Shown: in pieces, positions 42,919-51,721 of the stretch
How positions within the stretch are numbered: the first letter of the stretch is position 1
How the letters are laid out: every line of letters starts with the position of its first letter
Source of the DNA: Candidatus Dormiibacterota bacterium
GTDB taxonomy: Bacteria; Chloroflexota; Dormibacteria; CF-121
Reading direction: 5' to 3'
Assembly (NCBI GenBank): GCA_036564925.1
Contig: DATCOB010000105.1
Location: 1,075-65,074, forward strand
Length of the DNA stretch: 64,000 bases
Notes under the pieces: model-generated
Told to the model about the DNA's origin: nothing
What the model saw: only the letters and a program-made list of their open reading frames with translations
The model's database searches: none
Translations under genes and position numbers: made by a program

Positions 42919-44480
42919 GATCATTGCAAGAATCAGGACGATCCCTTAACGGCCTGACCGACGCGGATCCAGGCGAGCTCGACTTACTGTTCCAGGCGCT
43001 GCCCACCCATATCAACCGGGCTGTCAAGCAGTTGGACCACCAGCGTCTCCTGCTCGAGGTCGTCCTCGACCTTGGCCGCGAGCCGGAGGCCCGCTTTCCG
43101 GACGCCGAGGTCCTTCTCGACGAAACGCCGGTGAGCTCGGAAGACCTCGAGTTCGTCGCCACGCGGGTTGGGTCGTTCGGCGATGACAATCGCGCCGGGA
43201 TCGAACGAACGCTGCATCGCATCTCGGCGATCCGGAACCGATCGGGTGCCATTGTCGGCATGACGTGCCGCGTTGGGCGAGCGATCACTGGAACCATCGA
43301 CATCATCAAAGACATGGTGATCGGCGGGAAAAGCATCTTGCTACTTGGACGGCCTGGCATCGGCAAGACGACCATGCTCCGGGAGTGCGCCCGCGTGCTG
43401 GCCGACGAGATGAAGAAACGGGTGGTGATCGTGGATACATCGAACGAGATCGGCGGTGACGGGGACATCCCGCATCCTGGCATCGGACGATCCCGTCGGA
43501 TGCAGGTACGGACGCCGTCCCTGCAGCACGCCGTCATGATCGAGGCGGTCGAGAACCACATGCCGCAGGTGATCGTCATCGATGAGATCGGAACGGAACT
43601 CGAGGCGTCGGCGGCGCGGACCATCGCCGAGCGAGGCGTCCAGTTGGTGGCGACCGCGCACGGGAGCTCGCTCGAGAACCTCCTCGTGAATCCGACCCTC
43701 AACGACCTGCTGGGCGGGATCCAGACGGTCACCCTGTCCGATGAGGAAGCGCGCCGGCGAGGCACACAGAAGTCGGTGCTCGAGCGCAAATCCCCGCCGA
43801 CCTTCGACGTGCTGGTGGAGATCCACGATCGCGATCGGCTGGCCATCCACCAACCGCTTGGCGAGGTCGTCGATGCGGCCCTGCGGGGAACGATGAAACC
43901 GCCGCAGATGCGGATTCGTGGGACAGATGGGGTCATCGTGGCCCGGATCACCGAGCCCGCCCCGATGCGGGTCGCGGCCGTCCGGGAGCCGGTCGACGCG
44001 CCTCGCTCCCGGAATCTGCATGAGACGGTGTCGGTGTTTCCCTACGGGGTCAGCCGCAACTACCTGGAACAGGCGATCAGCGACCTGCACGTACCCATCC
44101 GGGTCCAAAACCACATCGAGGACGCCGACCTGATCGTCACCTTGAAGAACTACTACCGCCGAAAGGATTCGCCGCTCAAGGCCGCCGAGGCCGGTGGGAT
44201 CCCCATCCAGGTCCTCAAGAGCAACACGATCACCCAGATCCGGAACGCCCTGAGCAAGGTCTATCAATTGGACACGCCGGACCCGACCGAGTCGGCGTTG
44301 CAGGAGACGATCGAGGGGATCAACCGGGCGAAGGCCACCAATGCGATGGTTGAGCTATCACCCCAAACGGCCTATGTCCGGCGGCTGCAGCACCAGTTGG
44401 TCGAGCGTCACGAGCTGACCGCCCGCAGCACCGGGAAGGAGCCCAACCGGCGCCTTCGCATCTACACAAGCGCGGACTGA
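42915..44480 (+). CDS. R3H domain-containing AAA-family ATPase (Ycf45 / SpoIIIAA-like, COG3854)
   Basis: Walker A GRPGIGKTTML, Walker B VIVIDEIG, and a C-terminal R3H motif (RRLQHQLVERHEL). GTG start overlaps the upstream stop. Confidence 0.65.
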   Translation: MRSLQESGRSLNGLTDADPGELDLLFQALPTHINRAVKQLDHQRLLLEVVLDLGREPEARFPDAEVLLDETPVSSEDLEFVATRVGSFGDDNRAGIERTLHRISAIRNRSGAIVGMTCRVGRAITGTIDIIKDMVIGGKSILLLGRPGIGKTTMLRECARVLADEMKKRVVIVDTSNEIGGDGDIPHPGIGRSRRMQVRTPSLQHAVMIEAVENHMPQVIVIDEIGTELEASAARTIAERGVQLVATAHGSSLENLLVNPTLNDLLGGIQTVTLSDEEARRRGTQKSVLERKSPPTFDVLVEIHDRDRLAIHQPLGEVVDAALRGTMKPPQMRIRGTDGVIVARITEPAPMRVAAVREPVDAPRSRNLHETVSVFPYGVSRNYLEQAISDLHVPIRVQNHIEDADLIVTLKNYYRRKDSPLKAAEAGGIPIQVLKSNTITQIRNALSKVYQLDTPDPTESALQETIEGINRAKATNAMVELSPQTAYVRRLQHQLVERHELTARSTGKEPNRRLRIYTSAD

Positions 44481-44504
44481 AGCCGGTATAGTTCCGGCAA
44501 CAGG

Positions 44505-45173
44505 ATGACCGCGGGGAAGCCGGGCGGGTTCTTGATCACCTTCGAGGGACCCGAAGGCGGCGGCAAGTCGACACAGATCCATCGGCTCGCATCGAGTCTT
44601 GCCGAGGACGGCTATCGCGTGTGGACCACACGCGAGCCGGGCGGCACCCGGGCCGGCGAGATCATCCGCCCCATCGTCCTCGAGGACCGGGTGACCGAGC
44701 TGGCCGCCTGGACGGAAGCGCTGCTCTTCAGCGCGGCGCGGGCTCAACTGGTGGACGAGGTGATCCGGCCCCGACTCGAGCGAGGCGAGGTCGTCCTCTG
44801 CGACCGCTTCAGCGACTCGACCCTGGCCTACCAGGGTTACGGGCGTGGCCTCGATCTGGGCGCGCTCCGGCGGCTGCAGGACGAGGTCACGGGCGGTCTG
44901 CGACCGAATCTGACGTTGCTCCTCGATCTTCCGGTCGAGACGGGGCTGGCGCGGATTCCCAGGACGGTGCAGGACCGCCTCGACACCGAGACGGTCGCCT
45001 TTCACCAGCGGGTGCATGCCGGTTACCGGGAAATGGTTGCCGGCGCTCCCGAGCGGTGGCGGGTGGTCGATGCCTCGCGCCGTCCAGACGCCGTGGCTGC
45101 CGACATCCTCGACCTGGCCAGGCGTGCCCTGGCGGGCGCCGGGATCCAGCCGGCAGAGCGACGGTCGGCATGA
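44505..45173 (+). CDS. tmk: Thymidylate kinase
   Basis: ITFEGPEGGGKSTQ P-loop, DRF/DRY motif, and LID region. Confidence 0.9.
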   Translation: MTAGKPGGFLITFEGPEGGGKSTQIHRLASSLAEDGYRVWTTREPGGTRAGEIIRPIVLEDRVTELAAWTEALLFSAARAQLVDEVIRPRLERGEVVLCDRFSDSTLAYQGYGRGLDLGALRRLQDEVTGGLRPNLTLLLDLPVETGLARIPRTVQDRLDTETVAFHQRVHAGYREMVAGAPERWRVVDASRRPDAVAADILDLARRALAGAGIQPAERRSA

Positions 45174-45499
45174 AACTCCTGATCGCCGTTGTCCACAGCG
45201 AGGACGCGTCGTCGACCATGGATGCCCTCAACGACCGCGGCATCTCCGTCACCCGCTTTGCCAGTTCGGGTGGATTCCTGCAGCACAAGAACGTGACCCT
45301 GTTTTCCGGCATCGAAGACGATCGCATCGAGGAAGTCCTTGGGCTGCTCCGGGAAAACTGCCGGACCCGCAGCGAGTATATGAATCCGATGCCGCCCCTG
45401 GTCGAGCCGGGCGACTTCTTCGTGCCCTATCCCGTGGAGGTGCAGGTAGGCGGAGCGACGGTCTTCATCGTCAACGTCGACCGCTTCGAGAAACTCTAG
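45170..45499 (+). CDS. darA: PII-like cyclic-di-AMP receptor DarA/PstA (YaaQ, DUF970)
   Basis: 109 aa. MKLLIAVVHSEDASSTMDALNDRGISVTRFASSGGFL matches the YaaQ/DarA family. The start overlaps the tmk stop (ATGA). The tmk-yaaQ gene order matches Bacillus. Confidence 0.75.
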   Translation: MKLLIAVVHSEDASSTMDALNDRGISVTRFASSGGFLQHKNVTLFSGIEDDRIEEVLGLLRENCRTRSEYMNPMPPLVEPGDFFVPYPVEVQVGGATVFIVNVDRFEKL

Positions 45500-45512
45500 G
45501 CCGAGCTCGGCC
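45499..45512. terminator. Perfect 14-nt GC palindrome (GGCCGAGCTCGGCC) between convergent genes; possible bidirectional terminator or attenuator, with no U-tract
   Basis: Overlaps the darA stop codon and lies 11 nt beyond the stop of the minus-strand small ORF. Confidence 0.3.
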
Positions 45513-45523
45513 TGGCGCTGAGG

Positions 45524-45667
45524 CTACGAAGGGCGGGAGCGGCGTCCGTACCAGACGACCACGGCGACGATGACGATCAACACGACAACGGCCGCGATGA
45601 TCTTGTTCGTCGTGATGGCCGTGGTGATCAGGGAGACCACGAGGAGCCCGGCGAGCGAAATGTCCAT
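45524..45667 (-). CDS. Small membrane protein, 47 aa, two TM helices (MDISLAGLLVVSLITTAITTNKIIAAVVVLIVIVAVVVWYGRRSRPS)
   Basis: ATG start 9 nt after the stop of the upstream small ORF. Strongly GC3-biased codons. Not in the ORF track (under 60 aa). Confidence 0.4.
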   Translation of the reverse strand: MDISLAGLLVVSLITTAITTNKIIAAVVVLIVIVAVVVWYGRRSRPS

Positions 45668-45676
45668 CCCGAAAGT

Positions 45677-45814
45677 CTAAGTCCCTGAGTAAGCTTCCTG
45701 CGTGTGCTGCAGGTGAGTCTGCTCGCCGGCGTGCTGATCGGCGAGCTGCTGCACCTGGACGATAGGCTGCAGCCACTCGGACGCTGGGCCGAGCAGCTCG
45801 GTGGATTCCTGCAT
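45677..45814 (-). CDS. Small Gln/Glu/His-rich soluble protein, 45 aa (MQESTELLGPASEWLQPIVQVQQLADQHAGEQTHLQHTQEAYSGT)
   Basis: AAAGGAGA SD 8 nt upstream of the ATG. GC3-biased codons. Forms a two-gene string with the 47-aa membrane peptide. Confidence 0.4.
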   Translation of the reverse strand: MQESTELLGPASEWLQPIVQVQQLADQHAGEQTHLQHTQEAYSGT

Positions 45815-45828
45815 GCCGTCCGTCTCCT

Positions 45829-46257
45829 TTGACCGATAGACTTAGCGAGCCCATGACGAAGAGGCAACCGGGTGGCGAGAAGCGGGTCGATTGGTTCGCC
45901 GCCGGTCTTGGGTTGGTGCTCGCCGTTGCCGTGCAACTGGTGGGTGCCACGCTCTTGTTCGGCAGCCATCGCGAGCCCCTGCTCACCCAGGGCATGCTGA
46001 CCTTCGGCGCCCTGCTGGCGGGCGGGCTGCTCGCCGGCTATCTCGGGCCGTCTCACGGCGCGGTCTGGAATGGGATGGTGGTCGGGGTCGGGTTCATCGT
46101 GGTCGAGGAGCTCGCCGGCGCGCTCGGCCCGGTCGGCCCCCTTGGCTCGGCGGGTCTCGACACCGTCGGACTGGTGCTGGATGACGTGCTCGTCCTGAGC
46201 GGAGGAACCCTGGGCGGCCTGGCCGCCGGCACCGCTCGCCGCCTCACCACGCGGTAA
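45829..46257 (+). CDS. Gly/Ala/Leu-rich small membrane protein (3-4 TM), hypothetical
   Basis: Hydrophobic with good GC3 bias. An alternative start is ATG 45853. An antisense minus-strand ORF (45628-46275) is rejected. Confidence 0.5.
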   Translation: MTDRLSEPMTKRQPGGEKRVDWFAAGLGLVLAVAVQLVGATLLFGSHREPLLTQGMLTFGALLAGGLLAGYLGPSHGAVWNGMVVGVGFIVVEELAGALGPVGPLGSAGLDTVGLVLDDVLVLSGGTLGGLAAGTARRLTTR

Positions 46258-46322
46258 CCAGTCGGGCCCGCCCACCGTTCGCTTCTCAGCGTCGATACGA
46301 AATAAGCAGGAAGGAAATCAGG

Positions 46323-47309
46323 ATGGACAAAGAGAACGGCTCGGTCGAAGCGCTGGGGACGCGGATCGTCGACAACGTCAGCCGCGTGCTGGTGGGCAAG
46401 GAAGCCGAGATCGAGTTGTGCGCCATTGCCCTTTTGAGCCGCGGCCATCTCCTGATCGAGGACGTGCCCGGGGTTGGGAAGACCATGCTCGCCAAATCAC
46501 TGGCACGTTCCCTGGGCTGTTCCTTCGAGCGGCTGCAATTCACCCCCGACCTGCTGCCCTCGGATGTGACCGGCGTCAATATCTACAGTCCGAACACCCA
46601 GCAATTCGAATTCCGACAGGGTCCGATCTTCACCCAGGTCTTGCTGGCGGACGAGATCAACCGGGCGACGCCCAAGACCCAGTCGGCCTTGCTGGAGGCC
46701 ATGGAAGAGAAGCAGGTGACCGTGGATGGCACGACCTATCCGCTCTCCCTGCCGTTCCTGATCCTCGCCACCCAGAATCCCGTCGAGTTCGCCGGCACCT
46801 TCCCCCTCCCTGAGGCGCAGGTGGACCGGTTTCTGATGCGGCTCAACGTCGGATATCTGGACGTGGCCCACGAAGTCCAGGTGCTGGATCGCTTCGAGCG
46901 CGACTCGCCGATGGAGCAGCTGGAGGCGGTTTCCTCGGCCGCCGAGGTGCTGGCCTGCCAGAAGGCCGTGCAGCAGATCTATGTCGATCCGCAGCTGAAG
47001 GAGTACATCGCGCGCGTCACGCATCGCACCCGGTCACACACGGACATCGGTCTTGGCGCCAGCTCGCGCGGATCACTGGGATTGTTCCGCTCGTCCCAGG
47101 CACGGGCTGCTCTCGAGGGCCGCGACTTCGTCACTCCCGACGATGTCAAAGCGCTGGCCCAGGCCGTGCTGGCGCACCGCCTGATCCTCAAGCCCAATGC
47201 CGAATTACGCGGATTGACGCCGGCCAGGGTGTTGAGCCAGATCCTCGAGACGGAGCCGGTCCCGCCCCCGAATGTCGTTTCGCGTTTCGGCCGGCGTGTC
47301 GCGAGCTGA
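46323..47309 (+). CDS. MoxR-family AAA+ ATPase
   Basis: Walker A (PGVGKT), Walker [24 protein letters not shown] (sensor), and a C-terminal MoxR lid. Confidence 0.9.
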   Translation: MDKENGSVEALGTRIVDNVSRVLVGKEAEIELCAIALLSRGHLLIEDVPGVGKTMLAKSLARSLGCSFERLQFTPDLLPSDVTGVNIYSPNTQQFEFRQGPIFTQVLLADEINRATPKTQSALLEAMEEKQVTVDGTTYPLSLPFLILATQNPVEFAGTFPLPEAQVDRFLMRLNVGYLDVAHEVQVLDRFERDSPMEQLEAVSSAAEVLACQKAVQQIYVDPQLKEYIARVTHRTRSHTDIGLGASSRGSLGLFRSSQARAALEGRDFVTPDDVKALAQAVLAHRLILKPNAELRGLTPARVLSQILETEPVPPPNVVSRFGRRVAS

Positions 47310-47314
47310 CTCTA

Positions 47315-48514
47315 ATGCGGCTTCCGCGCCTCCCGCTCGTCACGGCGCTGGCGCTGCTCTTCTTTTTCGCGTACATCACGGGCATCCGGCTCGCCTACAG
47401 CCTCTTCTATGCCCTCGTGCTCCTCTTTCTCGTCAGCTATCTCTGGGGCCGGCTGGCGACTGACAATCTCATCGTCAAGCGTGACAGTCCCGAGGGTCAA
47501 TACCAGGTCGGGGACGAGTTCGAGGAACATTTTGCGATCACGAATCGTTCCTGGATCCCGGTACCGCTGATCGAGCTGACGGATTTCTCCAACCTCCCCG
47601 ACTACAACCCCGGTCGCGTGTTCAGCCTGAAGGGCCGCCGCTCCCGGCGCTGGACCTCGCGCGGACAGTTCAAGCAGCGCGGGTTGTTCACCTTCGGGCC
47701 GGTGGAGCTCCGCTTCGGCGATCCTTTCGGCCTCTTCGCTCGCACCCTGCGGGTCCCGGGGAGCCGATCCGTCGTCGTGTACCCGGTGATCCGTCCGGTC
47801 GGATCCCTGGAAGCCCTCGCGCCGAGCACCGCGGGCGACGAACAGCAGCGGGGCCGTGTTCTGGATGTGCCCCCGAACGCCACCAGCATCCGCGAATACG
47901 TCCCGACGGACAGCGTGAAACGCATCCACTGGGCATCGTCAGCCCGCCTCGGCCGTCTGATGAGCCGCAGTTTCGAGACGCGCGAGGGCGGCGATGCCTG
48001 GATCGTGCTGGATCTCCAGGCGGGCACCCACGCCGGCATCGCGCCGAATTCAACGCTGGAATACGCCATGAGCCTGTGCGCGTCGATGACAGACGCGGCG
48101 CTCCGGCGTGGCGGGGCCATCGGGCTCGTCAGCAACGACAGCCGGCTGAGCGTCATCGAGGCGGCGCGGGGCGATCAGCAGCGAAAGAAGCTGTTCGAGC
48201 ACTTCACCATCGCGCAGGCCGACGGCACGGTCCCGCTGGCCACCCTGTTGACCTCGCAGCGGGAGCACTGGCGCCATCGTGGAGGGTTGATCGTGGTTAC
48301 GGCCTCGCCGGACGAGCGCTGGGTCGAGGCGCTGCTCGATCTGGGCGTACGTGGTCACCGAAGCCTGGTCGTGTACCTCGATCCGCAGGGATTTGGCGGT
48401 AACCAGCGGAGCCTGGCGGCGGCCGGACGGTGGCGACAGGCGCTGAACTGGTGGGTGGTGAAGGGGCCGGATGATTTCGAGCCGGCCTTGGAGCGTCGCG
48501 TTGCCGCAGTTTAG
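47315..48514 (+). CDS. DUF58 (vWA-like) protein, partner of MoxR
   Basis: N-terminal 2 TM. DUF58 signature REYVPTDSVKRIHWASSARLGRLMSRSFE. Confidence 0.85.
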   Translation: MRLPRLPLVTALALLFFFAYITGIRLAYSLFYALVLLFLVSYLWGRLATDNLIVKRDSPEGQYQVGDEFEEHFAITNRSWIPVPLIELTDFSNLPDYNPGRVFSLKGRRSRRWTSRGQFKQRGLFTFGPVELRFGDPFGLFARTLRVPGSRSVVVYPVIRPVGSLEALAPSTAGDEQQRGRVLDVPPNATSIREYVPTDSVKRIHWASSARLGRLMSRSFETREGGDAWIVLDLQAGTHAGIAPNSTLEYAMSLCASMTDAALRRGGAIGLVSNDSRLSVIEAARGDQQRKKLFEHFTIAQADGTVPLATLLTSQREHWRHRGGLIVVTASPDERWVEALLDLGVRGHRSLVVYLDPQGFGGNQRSLAAAGRWRQALNWWVVKGPDDFEPALERRVAAV

Positions 48515-50996
48515 CCCAGCGATGATCGCGATGATCGTCGCCGCCGCGCTGGGGGGCGCCCTGGCCAGCGGCGTTATCGCCGTCCGCTACGACGACGGGC
48601 GGCTCACCATTCGCCTATTCCGCCAGGCGAAGGTGGCGCTGGCCTTTGCCCTGCGTGACACAGGCCTGCTGTTGCTCCTCGCCCTGGTGCTGGGATGGGC
48701 CGTGGCGGCGGCGGTCGAACGTTCCGGGTGGGTGAACGGCTCGGACGGGCGCCTGGTGCCGGCCCTGGCCATCGCTACGGTCATTGGCTGGATCCTGGCC
48801 GCCGGCCACGCCTCGCGCGGGGGGTACCTCCTCTGGAGCATCCCGGGCGTGCTCATCTCACTGGCGTTCCTGACGCCATCGCCGCTCACCGCTGGTGGCT
48901 TGTCCATCCCGGCCTTGCAAAAGTGGTTCGCGACCGTTCTTTCGGAGTCAAGCGTCTGGCTCCTGATCGGACTGATCGCCCTCATGCTGGTCGCCGGGCT
49001 GTGGACCAGTTGGTGGACCTTTCGTCGCCGGAGCGGCCTGGTCGCGCTCCTGCCCACCGGCGCCATCCTGGCGGTCGAGATCATCAACGACACCAACGCC
49101 GCCGTCACGTTCTTCGCGATCATGTGGACCGCGGCCGCCACGTTGCTCCTCCTCCGTTTGAATTTCGTCGCCCTCAAGGACCGCTGGCGCGCGCGCCACC
49201 TGCCGCGCGCGTCGGATACAGGGTGGGCGTTTGGCGAGGTCGGGGTGGAGGCCATTGCTCTCCTGCTCCTCGCGTCGTTCCTGCTGCTGCCCCCGCTCAG
49301 TAATGCCGACATCAGTGGCTTTCTTGTCCCGGGCACCCTGAGCGCGGACCAGTTCCATCCCTTCGGGCTGGGGTCGAGCTCCGGACACGGCGTCGTGGGC
49401 TCGATCGGCTACAGCGAGACCGTCCGGCCGGGTTCGCAGCTCAAGGCGAAATCCCAGACGGTCATGATCGTGAGCGGGGACAATCCGACTTATTACCCCT
49501 ACTGGCGCGGGATTGCCCTGACCGGCTGGGACGGCATCCAGTGGTACCCGCTGCCCAACACCCCCGAGATCCCCGTGCTCGAAACCCGGCTTGCGCCTCG
49601 CCAGTCGATCCCCCGGGATGACCTTTCGCGGAACACGCCGCGGCTGCAGGTCATGCACGACACCATCCGGGTGCTGGTCCCGCTCGATCAGACGGCCGGC
49701 GCCGTGTTCAGTGCCGGAGAGATCATCTCCGTCGACAACCAGCCGGCGACGGTCCGGGGCATCGTGACGTCCGGCAGCCAGTTCGGGGGACCGACGATCA
49801 ACGTCGGCGGCAACGTTTCATCGGTTTTCGACACGGTGGACCGGATCCGGTTCACGGCAACCTTGCATCCACCCTACACATACGCCGTGACCGAGGGCAT
49901 CCCCAACGTCGACGTGACGTCGCTGCGCAATGCCGGAACCGCGTATCCGAATTGGTCGGCGCCCTATCAATCGCTGTACGAAGGTGGACGGATCCAACAG
50001 GGCTATTCGACCGCGCGTGACACGGAGATCGCGGCCCTGGCGCAGACCATTGTTCATAACGCGGGCGCCGCCAACCCCTACGACCAGGCCAAGGCGATCG
50101 AGTCCTGGTTCCTCCAGCGGGGACGGTTCACCTACACGCTGACCCCGCCGGCCGCACCCGTCGGCGTCAGGCCCCTTGACTATTTCCTCTTCACGTCGCA
50201 CAAAGGCTTTTGCCAGGACTTTTCGACGGCGATGAACGTGATGCTGCGCACCCTTGGGATTCCGAGCCGTCAGATGAGTGGATTCGGCCAGGGCGTGTTC
50301 GACGAGAAGACGCGACGCTACCTGGTCAACTCGCTGGATGCGCATAGCTGGGTGGAAGTGTTGTTCCCCGGATACGGCTGGATCCCGTTCGAGCCGACAC
50401 CGGACGGGATCAACGTGCCGGTCGCTCGGCCCAACACCGCAGCCGACCTGAATGGCCCCGCGCTCACCCCCGTGCAACCCTCGCAGAGGCCGCGGCCCAA
50501 CCTTTCCGACCGACCAGAGACCGGGACCACTGGTCGATCCACGGGCTTCCCGAATATCTGGGGCGAGGTCCTGGCGGGGGTCGGCGTCCTCCTGCTGCTC
50601 CTCCTCGTTTCGACGGCATTCCTGGTTCGATGGCTGATGGGCGTGCGAGACATCCCGCGCATCTGGCGTCGGCTGCAGTTCCTCGGAGACCGCCTCCGCA
50701 TCCCGCGTCATGCCGGTGACACGCCCGAGGAGTTCGGCCGGCGGCTGGCCCAGTCAGTCCCGCCACTCGACGCGGAGGTCCGCGCCCTGGCCTCGCTGTA
50801 CACGCGGGCGAACTTCCGTCAAGGCGGTCTGAATGCGCAGGAGGCAAACGAAGCACGCGAGACCTGGGATCACGTGCGCCGGCAGTACGCCGGGCTGATC
50901 GCCAGGGCCTGGCGCGATGCCATGCGCCACGGCGACGTCGTCAGCGCAGCGGGAGGCGAAGCGTCAAGAAGTCGTGGGCGGCGACCGCCCCCTTGA
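48471..50996 (+). CDS. Transglutaminase-like membrane protein (TgpA-like: DUF3488 TM domain, TGase core, C-terminal TM)
   Basis: TGase catalytic triad context (GFCQDFSTAM Cys, LDAHSWVEVL His, GWIPFEPTP Asp). Multiple N-terminal TMs. 841 aa. Confidence 0.85.
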   Translation: MISSRPWSVALPQFSPAMIAMIVAAALGGALASGVIAVRYDDGRLTIRLFRQAKVALAFALRDTGLLLLLALVLGWAVAAAVERSGWVNGSDGRLVPALAIATVIGWILAAGHASRGGYLLWSIPGVLISLAFLTPSPLTAGGLSIPALQKWFATVLSESSVWLLIGLIALMLVAGLWTSWWTFRRRSGLVALLPTGAILAVEIINDTNAAVTFFAIMWTAAATLLLLRLNFVALKDRWRARHLPRASDTGWAFGEVGVEAIALLLLASFLLLPPLSNADISGFLVPGTLSADQFHPFGLGSSSGHGVVGSIGYSETVRPGSQLKAKSQTVMIVSGDNPTYYPYWRGIALTGWDGIQWYPLPNTPEIPVLETRLAPRQSIPRDDLSRNTPRLQVMHDTIRVLVPLDQTAGAVFSAGEIISVDNQPATVRGIVTSGSQFGGPTINVGGNVSSVFDTVDRIRFTATLHPPYTYAVTEGIPNVDVTSLRNAGTAYPNWSAPYQSLYEGGRIQQGYSTARDTEIAALAQTIVHNAGAANPYDQAKAIESWFLQRGRFTYTLTPPAAPVGVRPLDYFLFTSHKGFCQDFSTAMNVMLRTLGIPSRQMSGFGQGVFDEKTRRYLVNSLDAHSWVEVLFPGYGWIPFEPTPDGINVPVARPNTAADLNGPALTPVQPSQRPRPNLSDRPETGTTGRSTGFPNIWGEVLAGVGVLLLLLLVSTAFLVRWLMGVRDIPRIWRRLQFLGDRLRIPRHAGDTPEEFGRRLAQSVPPLDAEVRALASLYTRANFRQGGLNAQEANEARETWDHVRRQYAGLIARAWRDAMRHGDVVSAAGGEASRSRGRRPPP

Positions 50997-51663
50997 TGGT
51001 CGCCCGGGTGCCGCGGTGCGTCAGGATGAAACGGACACCCGGGTGTCGGCTGATCAGCGACTCGACCTCCGGCTTCGAAAGGTGCATCGGGCCCGGCATC
51101 TCGTAGGTCATCTCCACGATGGTGTGATCCGAGGCCGCGATCAGGGCCTCCAGCTCGGCAGACATCTCGGCGTCACCGGTGTATCCGAGCCGGACGCCGG
51201 TACGGGTGAGGAGATACCCGAAGCAGCTGAAGCGATGGGCATGGACCATCGGGTAGGCGCGAACCCGGTAGCCCTCGGCGTGGAAATCCTGTCCCGGCGC
51301 GATCTCCTCGACCTGCATCTGCCGGCGTTCCATTGCCGTGTGCAGCATTTCCGGCCCCCACGCTAACTCCATCAGCTGGGTGACGTGCGCCCTGGTGCCT
51401 GGAGGCCCGAAGATCGTCAGGGGAGCTGCCTGCTCGTGCATCAGGATCCGGCCGAGGATCAGCCAGGCCAGACCGAACGTGTGGTCGGCGTGAAAATGGG
51501 TCAGGAACACCGCCCGGGGCTCGTCGAGGGAAAGGCCGGCTTTCGGTAAGTGCACGGACAGCGGGGCGCCGGCGTCGAGCAAGATGGTGCGATCCACCAG
51601 GATGGCGGCGTTGTAGGCATCCGGTGACACCGCGGCACCGGTGCCGAGAAAGGTGAGGTTCAC
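50941..51663 (-). CDS. MBL-fold metallo-hydrolase
   Basis: HFHADH motif (THFHADHTFG) and beta-lactamase fold. Convergent 56-nt overlap with the transglutaminase gene. Confidence 0.75.
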   Translation of the reverse strand: MNLTFLGTGAAVSPDAYNAAILVDRTILLDAGAPLSVHLPKAGLSLDEPRAVFLTHFHADHTFGLAWLILGRILMHEQAAPLTIFGPPGTRAHVTQLMELAWGPEMLHTAMERRQMQVEEIAPGQDFHAEGYRVRAYPMVHAHRFSCFGYLLTRTGVRLGYTGDAEMSAELEALIAASDHTIVEMTYEMPGPMHLSKPEVESLISRHPGVRFILTHRGTRATIKGAVAAHDFLTLRLPLR

Positions 51664-51721
51664 CGAGGTGACGGTACCAGAGCCTTTCCACGCCGAGCCG
51701 GATGCTCGCTAGAGTGGAGCC

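Noticed and set aside
45628-46275. 215-aa minus-strand ORF overlapping the Gly-rich membrane protein gene
   Set aside because: The plus-strand frame has consistent GC3 and TM helices. The minus frame is Gly/Arg/Ala-rich low complexity.
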